Source of the DNA: an uncultured Lachnospiraceae bacterium
Lineage (GTDB): Bacteria; Bacillota; Clostridia; Lachnospirales; Lachnospiraceae
Reading direction: 5' to 3'
Assembly (NCBI GenBank): GCA_947571775.1
Contig: CANOZK010000006.1
Location: 80,281 to 144,280 of the forward strand
DNA: 64,000 nt
The translations under genes were made by a program, and so were the position numbers. Shown piece after piece: positions 17,528 to 26,632 of this stretch. The notes beneath the pieces are model-generated. The model saw only the letters and a program-made list of their open reading frames with translations. It searched no databases and was not told the DNA's origin. Each line of letters opens with the position of its first letter. Position 1 is the stretch's first letter.

Positions 17528-18247
17528 CTATTCACCGAGATACGCTTTCTTAATCGAATCGTCATTCATCAGTTTTTCCGCTTCTCCCTCCAGAACAATG
17601 TTGCCCGTTTCCAGAACATATGCCCGGTCCGCAATCGAAAGCGCTTTTTTTGCATTCTGCTCCACCAAGAGCACAGTCGTCCCCCCTGCACTCACCTCCT
17701 GGATAATATCAAAAATCTCATTTACAAGAATCGGAGAAAGCCCCATAGACGGCTCGTCCATCACAATGATTTTTGGATGGGACATCAGCGCCCTTCCCAT
17801 CGCCAGCATCTGCTGTTCGCCGCCGCTCAACGTCCCGGCAAGCTGGCTCTTCCGCTCCCGAAGCCGCGGGAAACGCTGATAGACCATTTCCAGCGTCTTT
17901 GCGATTTCCTCTTTGTCTTTTCTCGTATAAGCACCCATTTTCAGGTTTTCATAAACGCTCAGCTCCGCAAACACCCGGCGGCCTTCCGGCACATGGGCGA
18001 TTCCCAGTGATACGATTTTATGAGCTGGAATCTTGGTGATATCTTTTCCTTCAAAGATAACCGAACCCTTTTTTGGAGACAGCAGGCCAGTGATCGTATG
18101 CAAAATCGTTGTTTTTCCGGCGCCGTTGGCGCCGATTAGCGCAATGACTTCCCCCTCGTTGACTTCAAAGGAAATCCCTTTGATCGCCTGGATCATGCCA
18201 TAGTATACTTCAATGTCCTTTATCTCAAGCATTGCCATTTTCGCCAT
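17528..18247 (-). CDS. livF: branched-chain amino acid ABC transporter ATP-binding protein
   Basis: 239 aa with Walker A GANGAGKTT, signature LSGGEQQML and Walker B IIVMDEPS. Confidence 0.9.
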   Translation of the reverse strand: MAKMAMLEIKDIEVYYGMIQAIKGISFEVNEGEVIALIGANGAGKTTILHTITGLLSPKKGSVIFEGKDITKIPAHKIVSLGIAHVPEGRRVFAELSVYENLKMGAYTRKDKEEIAKTLEMVYQRFPRLRERKSQLAGTLSGGEQQMLAMGRALMSHPKIIVMDEPSMGLSPILVNEIFDIIQEVSAGGTTVLLVEQNAKKALSIADRAYVLETGNIVLEGEAEKLMNDDSIKKAYLGE

Positions 18248-18251
18248 CCCC

Positions 18252-19010
18252 CTATTCGCCTAAATATGCCTTAATAACCTCTGGATCGTTGAGCACATCA
18301 CTGGTGTTTCCCTCCGAGAGTACCTCCCCGAAATTCAAAACGGTCAGCTCCTCACAGATCCCGGATACTAATTTCATATCGTGTTCAATCAGAAGAATCG
18401 TCATATGAAATTCATCCCTCACAAAACGGATTGTTTCCATAAGTTCTTTCGTTTCATTTGGATTCATTCCCGCCGCCGGCTCATCCAAAAGCAGAAGCTT
18501 CGGCTCCGTGGCCAGCGCTCTTGTGATTTCCAGCTTTCTTTGCTTTCCATAGGGCAGGTTTGCCGCAAGAGTGTCTGCTTCTTTGTCCAGATCAAACACT
18601 GCCAGAAGCTCCATAGCCTTCTCATCCATAGCTTTTTCCACTTTGAAATACTTCGGTAAACGGAAAATCCCTTCCAGGGTAGAATACTTGTAATGATTGT
18701 GGAGCCCGACCTTTACATTTTCCAACACAGTCAAATCTTTAAAAAGACGAATATTCTGGAAAGTCCGCGCAATCCCCTCTTTGTTGATATCGATGGTCTT
18801 TCTGCCCACAATGTTGTTGCCGTCCAGAAGAATTACGCCCTCATTCGGCTTATACACTCCAGTCAAAAGGTTAAAGACCGTCGTCTTTCCCGCACCGTTC
18901 GGCCCGATTAGCCCATACAGACGCCCTTTCTCAATCTTCAGATGAAATTCATTTACCGCACGCAGGCCGCCAAAGGAGATTCCCAGATTATTCACTTCCA
19001 ACAATGCCAT
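18252..19010 (-). CDS. livG: branched-chain amino acid ABC transporter ATP-binding protein
   Basis: 252 aa with Walker A GPNGAGKTT, LPYGKQRKLEI and LLLLDEPAAG. Confidence 0.9.
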   Translation of the reverse strand: MALLEVNNLGISFGGLRAVNEFHLKIEKGRLYGLIGPNGAGKTTVFNLLTGVYKPNEGVILLDGNNIVGRKTIDINKEGIARTFQNIRLFKDLTVLENVKVGLHNHYKYSTLEGIFRLPKYFKVEKAMDEKAMELLAVFDLDKEADTLAANLPYGKQRKLEITRALATEPKLLLLDEPAAGMNPNETKELMETIRFVRDEFHMTILLIEHDMKLVSGICEELTVLNFGEVLSEGNTSDVLNDPEVIKAYLGE

Positions 19011-19012
19011 AA

Positions 19013-20089
19013 TTATGCAGCCTCCTTTGTACTTTTCTTATTTTTACGCCTGAATTTGGAAGAATATTTTCCTCTCCATTCAATGGCCTTCGGGCTCCAG
19101 TTAAACAACATCATGACAATCAGCACCACCGCATAAATCAGCATACGGTAATCGCTTAAAGACCGCAGCAGCTCCGGCAGCAGAGTCAGGATAATAGCCG
19201 CAATAATGGAGCCTCTCATATTTCCGATTCCGCCAAGCACGACAAAGACCAGAATCATAATAGACATATTGTAGCCGAAGTTCTTGGGCTGAGCAGTCAG
19301 AGTCGCCAGGTTATGTGCATAAATAACGCCTGCAACGCCGGCCAGCGACGCCGAAATCGAAAATGCCATCAGCTTGTATTTGGTGATATTGATGCCTACG
19401 GATTCCGCCGCAATCCGGTTATCGCGGATTGCCATAATGGCACGCCCGCTTCTGGAATGGATCAGATTCAGAACGATAAACAGCGTGACCAGAATCAGAA
19501 CCACACCGATAAAAAAGGTTGAGTCCTTGGGTGTTCCGGTAATCCCCTGGGGGCCGTTGACAATAACCTTGCCGCCATCTTCCAGCCCCAGAGACAGGGA
19601 ATCCTTTGTGGAAAAATGAAAGCCGTTGGAATCCCTGCCGATGAACAGGATATTTACAATATTCTTGATAATCTCTCCAAATGCCAGAGTTACAATGGCA
19701 AGATAATCGCCTTTTAGACGCAGTACCGGAATCCCAATCAGAATCCCGCATATTCCTGCCGCGGCCGCGCCAATCAAGAGCGCGAGAAAATAGCGCAGGC
19801 CCGATGCGGTGATCGTATCCACTGTGCATTTTGAGAAAAAGGCGCTGGTAAATGCTCCCACACACATAAACCCGGCATGTCCAAGGCTCAGCTCTCCCAA
19901 AATACCAACCGTAAGATTCAGCGAAACAGCCAAAATGATATAGGCGCAGAGAGGTACCAAAAGCCCCTGGAGAAGACTGGAGACATTCCCGGTGAAAACC
20001 AGTATTTCTACAACCAGAAAAATCACGATTACCATCAAATACGTAATCATATTGCTTTTTGTTGTTTTACTCATCTTTTTCATAGTCAT
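19013..20089 (-). CDS. livM: branched-chain amino acid ABC transporter permease
   Basis: 358 aa, polytopic, with LivM-like motifs (GELSLGHAGFM, RAIMAIRDNRIAAES). Confidence 0.88.
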   Translation of the reverse strand: MTMKKMSKTTKSNMITYLMVIVIFLVVEILVFTGNVSSLLQGLLVPLCAYIILAVSLNLTVGILGELSLGHAGFMCVGAFTSAFFSKCTVDTITASGLRYFLALLIGAAAAGICGILIGIPVLRLKGDYLAIVTLAFGEIIKNIVNILFIGRDSNGFHFSTKDSLSLGLEDGGKVIVNGPQGITGTPKDSTFFIGVVLILVTLFIVLNLIHSRSGRAIMAIRDNRIAAESVGINITKYKLMAFSISASLAGVAGVIYAHNLATLTAQPKNFGYNMSIMILVFVVLGGIGNMRGSIIAAIILTLLPELLRSLSDYRMLIYAVVLIVMMLFNWSPKAIEWRGKYSSKFRRKNKKSTKEAA

Positions 20090-20093
20090 CTAC

Positions 20094-20978
20094 CTACACT
20101 TTCTCCTGAATATTTTTGCCAAGAATACCCGTAGGCTTTACAATCAGCACAATAATCAACACGCCGAACACAATTGCGTCCGCCATCTGGGAAGAAATAT
20201 AGGCTTTTCCAAAGATTTCAATAATCCCCAATAAGATTCCGCCGATTAAGGCGCCTGGAATCGATCCAATTCCGCCGAACACGGCGGCCACAAACGCTTT
20301 GATACCCGGCATAGCGCCTGTATAAGGGTTCAAAGATGGATAGGCTGAACATAAGAGCACGCCTGCAATCGCAGCAAGCGCAGAACCAATCGCAAACGTA
20401 AGCGCGATTGTTCCGTTGACATTGATTCCCATCAACTGGGCTGCGCCCTTATCCTCGGACACCGCAAGCATTGCCTGACCTGCTTTTGATTTCTTGATAA
20501 ACAGGCTGAGTCCAATCATAATCACAATACAGGAAAAAATGGTCACAATCGTTTCCCCGGCAATCGTAAGCCTGCCGCCGGCAAGTACAAGCGCTGGTAC
20601 TGGGACAACGGAAGAAAAAGATTTTGTATTTGCTCCGAAAATCAACAAAGCAATATTCTGAAGCAGATAGCTTACGCCGATCGCCGTAATGAGAACGGCC
20701 AGTGAAGAAGCCGCATTCAAAAGGGGCCGATACGCCACACTTTCAATCACAACTCCAAGAATGGTACAAAAAACAACTGCCACCAGTACAGCAGCCAATG
20801 GCGGAAGGCCCGCGCCGGAAATTGCCACCATGACCACATATGCGCCGGCCATGATAACATCACCATGTGCAAAATTCAGCATCTTTGCGATTCCGTATAC
20901 CATGGTGTAGCCAAGTGCAATGATTGCGTATACGCTTCCCAGGCTGATGCCATTCACCAAATAAGATATAAAACTCAT
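20094..20978 (-). CDS. livH: branched-chain amino acid ABC transporter permease
   Basis: The start is moved to ATG 20978 (MSFISYLVNGISLGSVYAIIALGYTMVYG), with RBS AAGGGGGGA. It is polytopic. Confidence 0.88.
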   Translation of the reverse strand: MSFISYLVNGISLGSVYAIIALGYTMVYGIAKMLNFAHGDVIMAGAYVVMVAISGAGLPPLAAVLVAVVFCTILGVVIESVAYRPLLNAASSLAVLITAIGVSYLLQNIALLIFGANTKSFSSVVPVPALVLAGGRLTIAGETIVTIFSCIVIMIGLSLFIKKSKAGQAMLAVSEDKGAAQLMGINVNGTIALTFAIGSALAAIAGVLLCSAYPSLNPYTGAMPGIKAFVAAVFGGIGSIPGALIGGILLGIIEIFGKAYISSQMADAIVFGVLIIVLIVKPTGILGKNIQEKV

Positions 20979-21087
20979 AGGAATCCCCCCTTTGGTGCTT
21001 AAGAATTTATCTATATTATGCAAATAGAAGGTTATCTTTATTGAAAGATAACCTTCTATAATATTAAAGATAATCTTTTATCCTCTA

Positions 21088-22287
21088 TTACTCTACAACT
21101 GCATAATCTCCATCAGCAATTCTCACTACCATAGGCTCTTTGCTGGGTTCTCCGTCTGCTTCCCAGGTAAGGCCTTTTGCCGTTACGCCGTCAATACTGA
21201 TCTTTGTCATCGCATCCTTCAGAGCGTCACAGATATCAGACGAGGACATGTCCGGTGTTACACCTGCCTCTTCCATTGCTGCTTTGATGGCATACATTCC
21301 ATCGTATGCATCTGCTGCAAACTGGTTGGGCGTATCCCCATAAGCATCCTGATAATCTGTTACAAACTTTTGAATGGTTTCATCCTCGGAAGTAGGGGTA
21401 AATGGACTCATAAACATCAGGTTGTTTGCCAGATTTACATCAAAGCCTTCCACTGCAAGGATACCGTCCATACCGTCACAGCCAAAGAAGATGGGTTCGT
21501 AATTCATTCCGGAAGCCTGTTTCAACACCAGAGAAGCCTCTGTATAATAGAAAGGAAGAAATACAAGCTCTGCGCCAGCATCTTTTGCTTTCTGAAGCTG
21601 TACAGAGAAGTCGGTTTTGCTTTCTGCGGTAAACGCTTCTGCTGCAACCACTTCAAAATCCTGGTTTTCTGCTTCTTTTACAAACGCCTCGTAAATACCG
21701 GTGGAATATACGTCTGAGCTGTCATAAATCGCTGCAACCTTTTTTGCAAGGCCGTTTTCACCGATATATTTTGCAGACTCCAATCCCTGCATGGGGTCAG
21801 AGAAACATACGCGGAACGCATTGTCATACTGCACACATTCTACGGCTGTGCCGGAGGGCGTCAGCATAAAGATATTATCCGCCTGGGATACTTCTCCGAC
21901 TGCCACGCAAGGAGCGGAAGTTACCGTACCCAAAAGTGCATGCATTCCCCAGTCTTTCAGCGTATTGTAAGCATTTACGGCTTTCTCTGCATCGTGCTCG
22001 TCATCCTCGTATTTATACTCAATCTGCTTCCCGCCGATTCCGCCAGCTTCGTTGATTTCCTTTACCGCCAGTTCTGCACCGTTCTTTACGGCCTCGCCGT
22101 AAACTGCCGCACCGCCGGTTACTGGCCCAATAGCGCCAATGCGAAATGCCTCTTGGCTTCCGCCAGTTTCTCCGGAACCACTGGAACCAGAACCAGAGTC
22201 AGAGCCGGATCCAGAGCCGCAGCCTGCCAGAAGAGCCATTGCCATTGTTGCCGCTAAAACAGCGGATATTGCTTTTTTCATTTTCAT
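21088..22287 (-). CDS. ABC transporter substrate-binding lipoprotein (Leu/Ile/Val-binding family)
   Basis: The start is moved to ATG 22287 (MKMKKAISAVLAATMAMALLAGCGSGSG, with a lipobox), with RBS GGAGGGAG. It has a Gly/Ser linker followed by a type-I periplasmic-binding-fold sequence. Confidence 0.85.
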   Translation of the reverse strand: MKMKKAISAVLAATMAMALLAGCGSGSGSDSGSGSSGSGETGGSQEAFRIGAIGPVTGGAAVYGEAVKNGAELAVKEINEAGGIGGKQIEYKYEDDEHDAEKAVNAYNTLKDWGMHALLGTVTSAPCVAVGEVSQADNIFMLTPSGTAVECVQYDNAFRVCFSDPMQGLESAKYIGENGLAKKVAAIYDSSDVYSTGIYEAFVKEAENQDFEVVAAEAFTAESKTDFSVQLQKAKDAGAELVFLPFYYTEASLVLKQASGMNYEPIFFGCDGMDGILAVEGFDVNLANNLMFMSPFTPTSEDETIQKFVTDYQDAYGDTPNQFAADAYDGMYAIKAAMEEAGVTPDMSSSDICDALKDAMTKISIDGVTAKGLTWEADGEPSKEPMVVRIADGDYAVVE

Positions 22288-22362
22288 AAAATTTCTCCCT
22301 CCAAACAATGATTTTCCGCAGCTGCCCAGTACCCGCACAGCTACGATTTGTCTTTGTGTGAA

Positions 22363-22391
22363 ATCATACACGAGAATACAAAATTTGTCAA
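22363..22391 (-). promoter_or_regulatory. candidate sigma-A promoter of the liv operon
   Basis: The minus strand reads TTGACA (22386-22391), 17 nt, TATGAT (22363-22368). This is a near-consensus match about 75 nt upstream of the binding-protein ATG. Confidence 0.55.
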
Positions 22392-22397
22392 GGAATT

Positions 22398-23312
22398 TCA
22401 ATGCTTCCTGTGGTATGCCTGGAAAAAACGCTGCATGTCAAATATGCCCCATCCCTGGCGATTTTGCGGGTATCCGGCGTCTACCGCGCTTTCTTTTAAC
22501 AGCATCTTAATTTCCACATTGGTCAAAGAGGGATCATATTCCAGCATTTTTGCCACCGCGCCGGAAATCACCGGGGTGGACATGGAAGTGCCGCTCTTTC
22601 TCACATAGAGATTCCCCCGCTTCTGAGGCGCACAGGACAAGATCCGCATCCCTGGCGTCACAATATCCGGCTTGCACACACATTCCAGGGTAGGCCCGCT
22701 CCCAGAACTGCCGTACCTGGCGCTTAACATATCGCTGGCTCCTACGGTAATCACCTTGCGGCTGCTCCCCGGCGCGGTGACCGTCCCCGGCGCGGGACCC
22801 CGGTTTCCTGCAGCCGCCACAACAACCATCCCTGCGTCCCACACCTTCTCTACACCGTCTATCAGGATTCTGTGATCCCCGTCGCTGCGGTAGGTGGTGC
22901 CCACAGATATATTTACAATCCGAATATGATATTTTTTGTGATTTTGGATCAGCCACTGAAACGCTTTTAAGACATGCTCTTTGTTCCCGTTCCCCTGTCT
23001 GTCCAGCACCTTAATCCCAATAAAATCGCACTGTGGGGCAGTTCCCCGGCACCTGCCGTGGGAAGCTGCTCCGCTTCCCCCTAAGATCCCCGCAATATGC
23101 GTGCCATGGCCATTGTCGTCATACGGCTGCTGTTTTTTATTTACCATATCCTGAAAAGCGATAATACGATTGTCAAAATCCACATGAGGAAAGATACCAG
23201 TATCAATCACTGCTACACCAATCCCTTTCCCTGTCAGACTAGAAATATTTTTCATTTTGTTTGGCTCCAGCGCAATTGCGCACCTTCTCTCTTTTAAAAT
23301 ATTCGTAAACAT
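22398..23312 (-). CDS. S8 family serine peptidase (small, no signal peptide or prodomain evident)
   Basis: 304 aa with an intact Asp/His/Ser triad context: GVAVIDTGI, DDNGHGTHIAGILGG, GTSMSTPVISGAVAKM. Confidence 0.85.
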   Translation of the reverse strand: MFTNILKERRCAIALEPNKMKNISSLTGKGIGVAVIDTGIFPHVDFDNRIIAFQDMVNKKQQPYDDNGHGTHIAGILGGSGAASHGRCRGTAPQCDFIGIKVLDRQGNGNKEHVLKAFQWLIQNHKKYHIRIVNISVGTTYRSDGDHRILIDGVEKVWDAGMVVVAAAGNRGPAPGTVTAPGSSRKVITVGASDMLSARYGSSGSGPTLECVCKPDIVTPGMRILSCAPQKRGNLYVRKSGTSMSTPVISGAVAKMLEYDPSLTNVEIKMLLKESAVDAGYPQNRQGWGIFDMQRFFQAYHRKH

Positions 23313-23488
23313 CTGGATGGTTCAAAGGAAATCCCCTATCCATGCCGCGGAATTTGGAAAAATTTGCCGATCATTTTTTCACAATTTTCACAGAATCTTT
23401 ACGTTTTTTTATCATTACTGACTTGCAGGAAATTCTGTTTCGTAATATAATGATAAAAATTCAAGTATGAAAAAGGGGAGTATAGACT

Positions 23489-24235
23489 ATGAAAAAAAGG
23501 ATGAAAATGAGAATTGCAATGCTGTTATGCATTGGTACTTTTCTTCTGGCGTTCGGCGGCTGTGGAAAAAAAGACGATGAATCCACTGCGATTGCCATCA
23601 CGCCGACTCCGGCGGAAACAGCCGCTGCTTCCGAAACTCCTTCCGCCACACCGGAAGTCTCGTCCAATACTACGGCAGGAATTTCCGAAAATGTCGGCGG
23701 GACAAGCACTTCTTTTTCTGCCTCCAGCAATACCATGGTAAATACCGGACTGTCGGCCAACTCCACAGACGGTACCAATAAGATTACCGGAACCATCGTA
23801 GCGGCCAGTATGGACGATGTAACTATCCGCACATCAGAGGGCGCGGAATACACCTGCTCCACCGCTACGGCCGTCAACAATCTGGCCAACGGCATTACGC
23901 TAGGCAACAATATTACGGTTACACTGTCCTCCATGTCTGCGGTAAATGGATTATACACCGCTACGGAGTTAAACGACACCAGTTCCCCGGATACGAGCAC
24001 CGCCGGAACAACAAATACTACCGGAAATCTGTACAATAACAATACGGTGGATGACGGCGGATATACGGACGATAGCACAATCTACGACGACGGCACGATT
24101 TATGACGACAGCACCGTTTACGACGACGGCACACTCTACGATGACAGCACCGTTTACGACGACGGCAGCGGCGATATGTACTATTACGATCCCGCCAGTG
24201 AAGGCTATTACGATGAATCCGATGGTTATTATTAA
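23489..24235 (+). CDS. hypothetical lipoprotein with Thr/Ser-rich linker and C-terminal Tyr/Asp pentapeptide repeats
   Basis: 248 aa with RBS GGGGAG and the signal plus lipobox MKKRMKMRIAMLLCIGTFLLAFGGC. The C-terminus reads TIYDDGTIYDDSTVYDDGTLYDDSTVYDDGSGDMYYYD. Confidence 0.65.
   Translation: MKKRMKMRIAMLLCIGTFLLAFGGCGKKDDESTAIAITPTPAETAAASETPSATPEVSSNTTAGISENVGGTSTSFSASSNTMVNTGLSANSTDGTNKITGTIVAASMDDVTIRTSEGAEYTCSTATAVNNLANGITLGNNITVTLSSMSAVNGLYTATELNDTSSPDTSTAGTTNTTGNLYNNNTVDDGGYTDDSTIYDDGTIYDDSTVYDDGTLYDDSTVYDDGSGDMYYYDPASEGYYDESDGYY
24064..24170 (+). repeat. coding tandem repeat (15-bp unit, 30-bp super-unit)
   Basis: The DNA tacgacgacggcac..tatgacgacagcaccgtt is iterated and encodes about seven Y-D-D-[GS]-[ST]-[IVL] units. 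Confidence 0.8.
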
Positions 24236-24391
24236 AATATATTTATAAACTCATTCACTCCATCTACACGCTTCGCTTTGCGGGGTATAGCCGGCAGAAG
24301 GCATTTTTCAAACACGCCACTAGAATGTATTTCCGATTTCTTTCATAGAATCTATGAAAACCAGAAATCATTATGCGGGATCTGTCTATCT

Positions 24392-26086
24392 ATGCCAGAT
24401 ATAAAAGATATTATTCTATCGGACGATTATTGGGATTTGATACTTCCCACCAGAGGTACTCCAGAGAAATTTTTGGAGGATGTAGACTCTTATCCTCAGA
24501 TCATCAACCACAGTTTTACAGAGGTATTCTGGAACCGAAATAAGCCGTTGAATGATTTTTTCCGGGAAACGCTGTACAGCCTCCTGCCAAACGTTTATAC
24601 GCTGGAAGATACCTCCAGCGTAGCCAAATCCGGCGTCCTGCAAGTACAGGCAAACCCCGCTTTGGGGCTGACCGGGCAAAACGTCTTAATTGGATTTTTG
24701 GATACCGGAATTGATTACACCCACCCGGCGTTCCAGGATTCTTTTGGAAATACGCGAATCGAATACATATGGGATCAGACCATCCAGAGCGGAACGCCGC
24801 CTGACAATTTCTACTATGGCAGTGAATACAGCAAAGCACAGATTCAAGAGGCACTAAATTCGCCAGATCCGTACGAGATTGTACCCAGCAGGGACACAAA
24901 CGGTCACGGTACTTCCCTTGCCGGCGTGGCGGCGGGAAGCATAGATGAAAAGAACGATTTTCAGGGGGCCGCGCCTCAGTCCCGCCTGGTTGTAGTAAAG
25001 CTCAAGGAAGCAAAACCCAGTCTGCTGGAATATTACCAATTCAACGGTTCTGGGCCTATGTACCAGGAAAACGATATCATGATGGCAATCCGCTATGTGA
25101 CAGAAATTTCCTATAAGATGCAGATGCCTCTGGTGATCTGCATCTGTCTGGGAACCAACCAAGGCGCGCACAGCGGGGACGGCGCCCTCCCTGGTATGCT
25201 GGACAGCATGAAAATTTATAAGGGGATATCTGTGGTGATCGCCGGGGGAAACGAAGCCGGAAGGGCCCACCATGTCAGCGGCAAAATACTAAATCCCAAT
25301 ACCTTCCAGGAGATTGAGATACAAGTGCCTGCCAACTCTCCTGGATTCAGCATGGAATTTTGGGGCCGTCCGCCGGAGCTTTACACCGTAGGCGTTGTAT
25401 CTCCCTTGGGCGAAGTCGTAGATCGGATTCCTGCCCGTTTCAACCAAATGCAGGAAATTTTCTTCGTTCTGGAAAATACTTCTCTTTTGATTTCTTACGG
25501 ACTGGTTGAAGTCGAATCCGGAGGGCAGGTCATCTTTTTCCGGTTCCGGCAGCCTACGGAAGGGATTTGGCGAATCCGTGTCTATTGCAGCAATTATTCC
25601 ACAGGCACTTTTCATATGTGGCTTCCGGCACATGGAATGGTAAACCCGGATATCACGTTTTTGAATCCAGATCCTTTTACCACTATTGTTTCTCCAGGTA
25701 ATGTCGTTTCCGTGATTACAACTGCCGCTTACCAGGTACTCAACAATTCTATCTATACGTATTCCAGCCGGGGTTTTACCCCTGTTGACGATATCAAGCC
25801 TGACATCACTTCCCCAGGTGTTGATCTTACGGTGCCCAAACCCGGAGGGGGCTACGGAACAGGCACCGGCTCTTCGATCGCCGCCGCTTTTGCGGCGGGA
25901 TGTACCGCTCTGATCGCACAATGGGGGCTGACGCTTAAGCCAAAACGCTATTTCAGTTCCAACGAAATGAAAGCTTACCTTATCCGAGGAGCGGTACGCA
26001 ATCCAGCGCTTACCTATCCAAACCGGGAATGGGGATATGGAACTTTGAATATCTACCAAGTATTCAGCATTTTTTTATCCCCATAA
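24392..26086 (+). CDS. S8 family serine peptidase, Csp-like (possible germination-type subtilase)
   Basis: The first in-frame ATG is at 24392; the track ORF starts at TTG 24278 and no strong RBS is seen for either. Triad contexts are GFLDTGIDYTHPAF, TNGHGTSLAGVAAG and GTGSSIAAAFAAGCTAL. The size (about 565 aa) and the C-terminal EWGYGTLNIY resemble clostridial Csp proteases. The Csp assignment is an inference. Confidence 0.75.
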   Translation: MPDIKDIILSDDYWDLILPTRGTPEKFLEDVDSYPQIINHSFTEVFWNRNKPLNDFFRETLYSLLPNVYTLEDTSSVAKSGVLQVQANPALGLTGQNVLIGFLDTGIDYTHPAFQDSFGNTRIEYIWDQTIQSGTPPDNFYYGSEYSKAQIQEALNSPDPYEIVPSRDTNGHGTSLAGVAAGSIDEKNDFQGAAPQSRLVVVKLKEAKPSLLEYYQFNGSGPMYQENDIMMAIRYVTEISYKMQMPLVICICLGTNQGAHSGDGALPGMLDSMKIYKGISVVIAGGNEAGRAHHVSGKILNPNTFQEIEIQVPANSPGFSMEFWGRPPELYTVGVVSPLGEVVDRIPARFNQMQEIFFVLENTSLLISYGLVEVESGGQVIFFRFRQPTEGIWRIRVYCSNYSTGTFHMWLPAHGMVNPDITFLNPDPFTTIVSPGNVVSVITTAAYQVLNNSIYTYSSRGFTPVDDIKPDITSPGVDLTVPKPGGGYGTGTGSSIAAAFAAGCTALIAQWGLTLKPKRYFSSNEMKAYLIRGAVRNPALTYPNREWGYGTLNIYQVFSIFLSP

Positions 26087-26149
26087 TCTGTAACCAAATC
26101 CACAAATCCTCATAGGATAAAGTGTAAATAAGTTTTGGAGGATTCAAGA

Positions 26150-26443
26150 ATGAGTGATTTAGCTGCTACAAATTGCGGATGTGATGACAGATGCGGATGT
26201 GAGCGGGAAGACAGCTGCGGGTGCGGCTGTGGCTGCGGATGCGGCACTGGTTTGCTGAATGGTTTTGGAGGAAGTTCTTCCTGCAGTTGCATTCTGTGGA
26301 TCATTATTTTACTGAGTTTCTGCGGAAGCGGGAACAACATGCTCGGCGGACACGGCTGTGGCTGCGGATGCGGCGGTGCAGACAATAGCTGCCTCTTAAT
26401 CATCATCCTGCTGCTTTGCGGCGGTGGTAACTGCGGCTGCTAA
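26150..26443 (+). CDS. Cys/Gly-rich small protein with two hydrophobic segments
   Basis: ATG 26150 lies 7 nt after GGAGGA. The product is 97 aa with 19 Cys by my count: MSDLAATNCGCDDRCGCEREDSCGCGCGCGCG...CILWIIILLSFC...HGCGCGCGG..CLLIIILLLCGGGNCGC. A strong terminator follows. Confidence 0.7.
   Translation: MSDLAATNCGCDDRCGCEREDSCGCGCGCGCGTGLLNGFGGSSSCSCILWIIILLSFCGSGNNMLGGHGCGCGCGGADNSCLLIIILLLCGGGNCGC
26224..26374 (+). repeat. exact 22-nt direct repeat inside the Cys-rich gene
   Basis: cggctgtggctgcggatgcggc occurs at 26224-26245 and again at 26353-26374. The copies are 129 bp apart, which is 43 codons and in frame, so the protein is an internal duplication. Confidence 0.9.
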
Positions 26444-26457
26444 ACAGCATTAGAGAA

Positions 26458-26495
26458 CAGGCCAGGGAATTCATCCCTGGCCTGCTTTTTATTTT
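26458..26495. terminator. intrinsic terminator (usable from both strands)
   Basis: CAGGCCAGGGA (26458-26468) and TCCCTGGCCTG (26474-26484) form a perfect 11-bp GC-rich stem with a 5-nt loop, followed by CTTTTTATTTT. Confidence 0.65.
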
Positions 26496-26632
26496 CTCCT
26501 TTTTTGAACAGGGCGCATCTTTTGGCCGCGTGTCCTCTTTTTTACACATTCTTCATCTATTTCATAGAAGGCGTTGCCCTCCAGCACAAAATGACTTTCT
26601 GCATTCTTTTTGTCTTCCTTTGATGGCTTCAT
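26489..26632 (-). CDS. possible small ORF (47 aa, Lys/Arg-rich), below the ORF-track size cut-off
   Basis: My translation is MKPSKEDKKNAESHFVLEGNAFYEIDEECVKKRTRGQKMRPVQKRRK. AAAGGAA lies 6 nt upstream of the ATG, and the ORF ends inside the T-run of the 26458-26495 terminator. I have no homology evidence. Confidence 0.3.
   Translation of the reverse strand: MKPSKEDKKNAESHFVLEGNAFYEIDEECVKKRTRGQKMRPVQKRRK

Noticed and set aside
23461-24078. A 205-aa minus-strand ORF antisense to the lipoprotein gene
   Set aside because: It has no RBS and a low-complexity Val/Ala/Ser composition that mirrors the Thr/Ser/Ala-rich sense frame. The sense ORF has a proper RBS, signal peptide and lipobox.
26200-26400. 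GC-rich short repeats that could be mistaken for a CRISPR array or a lanthipeptide precursor region
   Set aside because: The repeats are in frame inside one ORF and are far shorter than CRISPR repeats, and no cas genes are present. The window has no LanB/LanC/LanM or other RiPP maturase beyond generic S8 peptidases, so I keep a RiPP role only as a remote possibility.
26110-26406. A 98-aa minus-strand ORF rich in PHPQPQP repeats
   Set aside because: It is the reverse complement of the (TGC GGC)n coding repeats of the Cys-rich gene. It has no RBS, and the terminator orientation and RBS favour the plus-strand gene.
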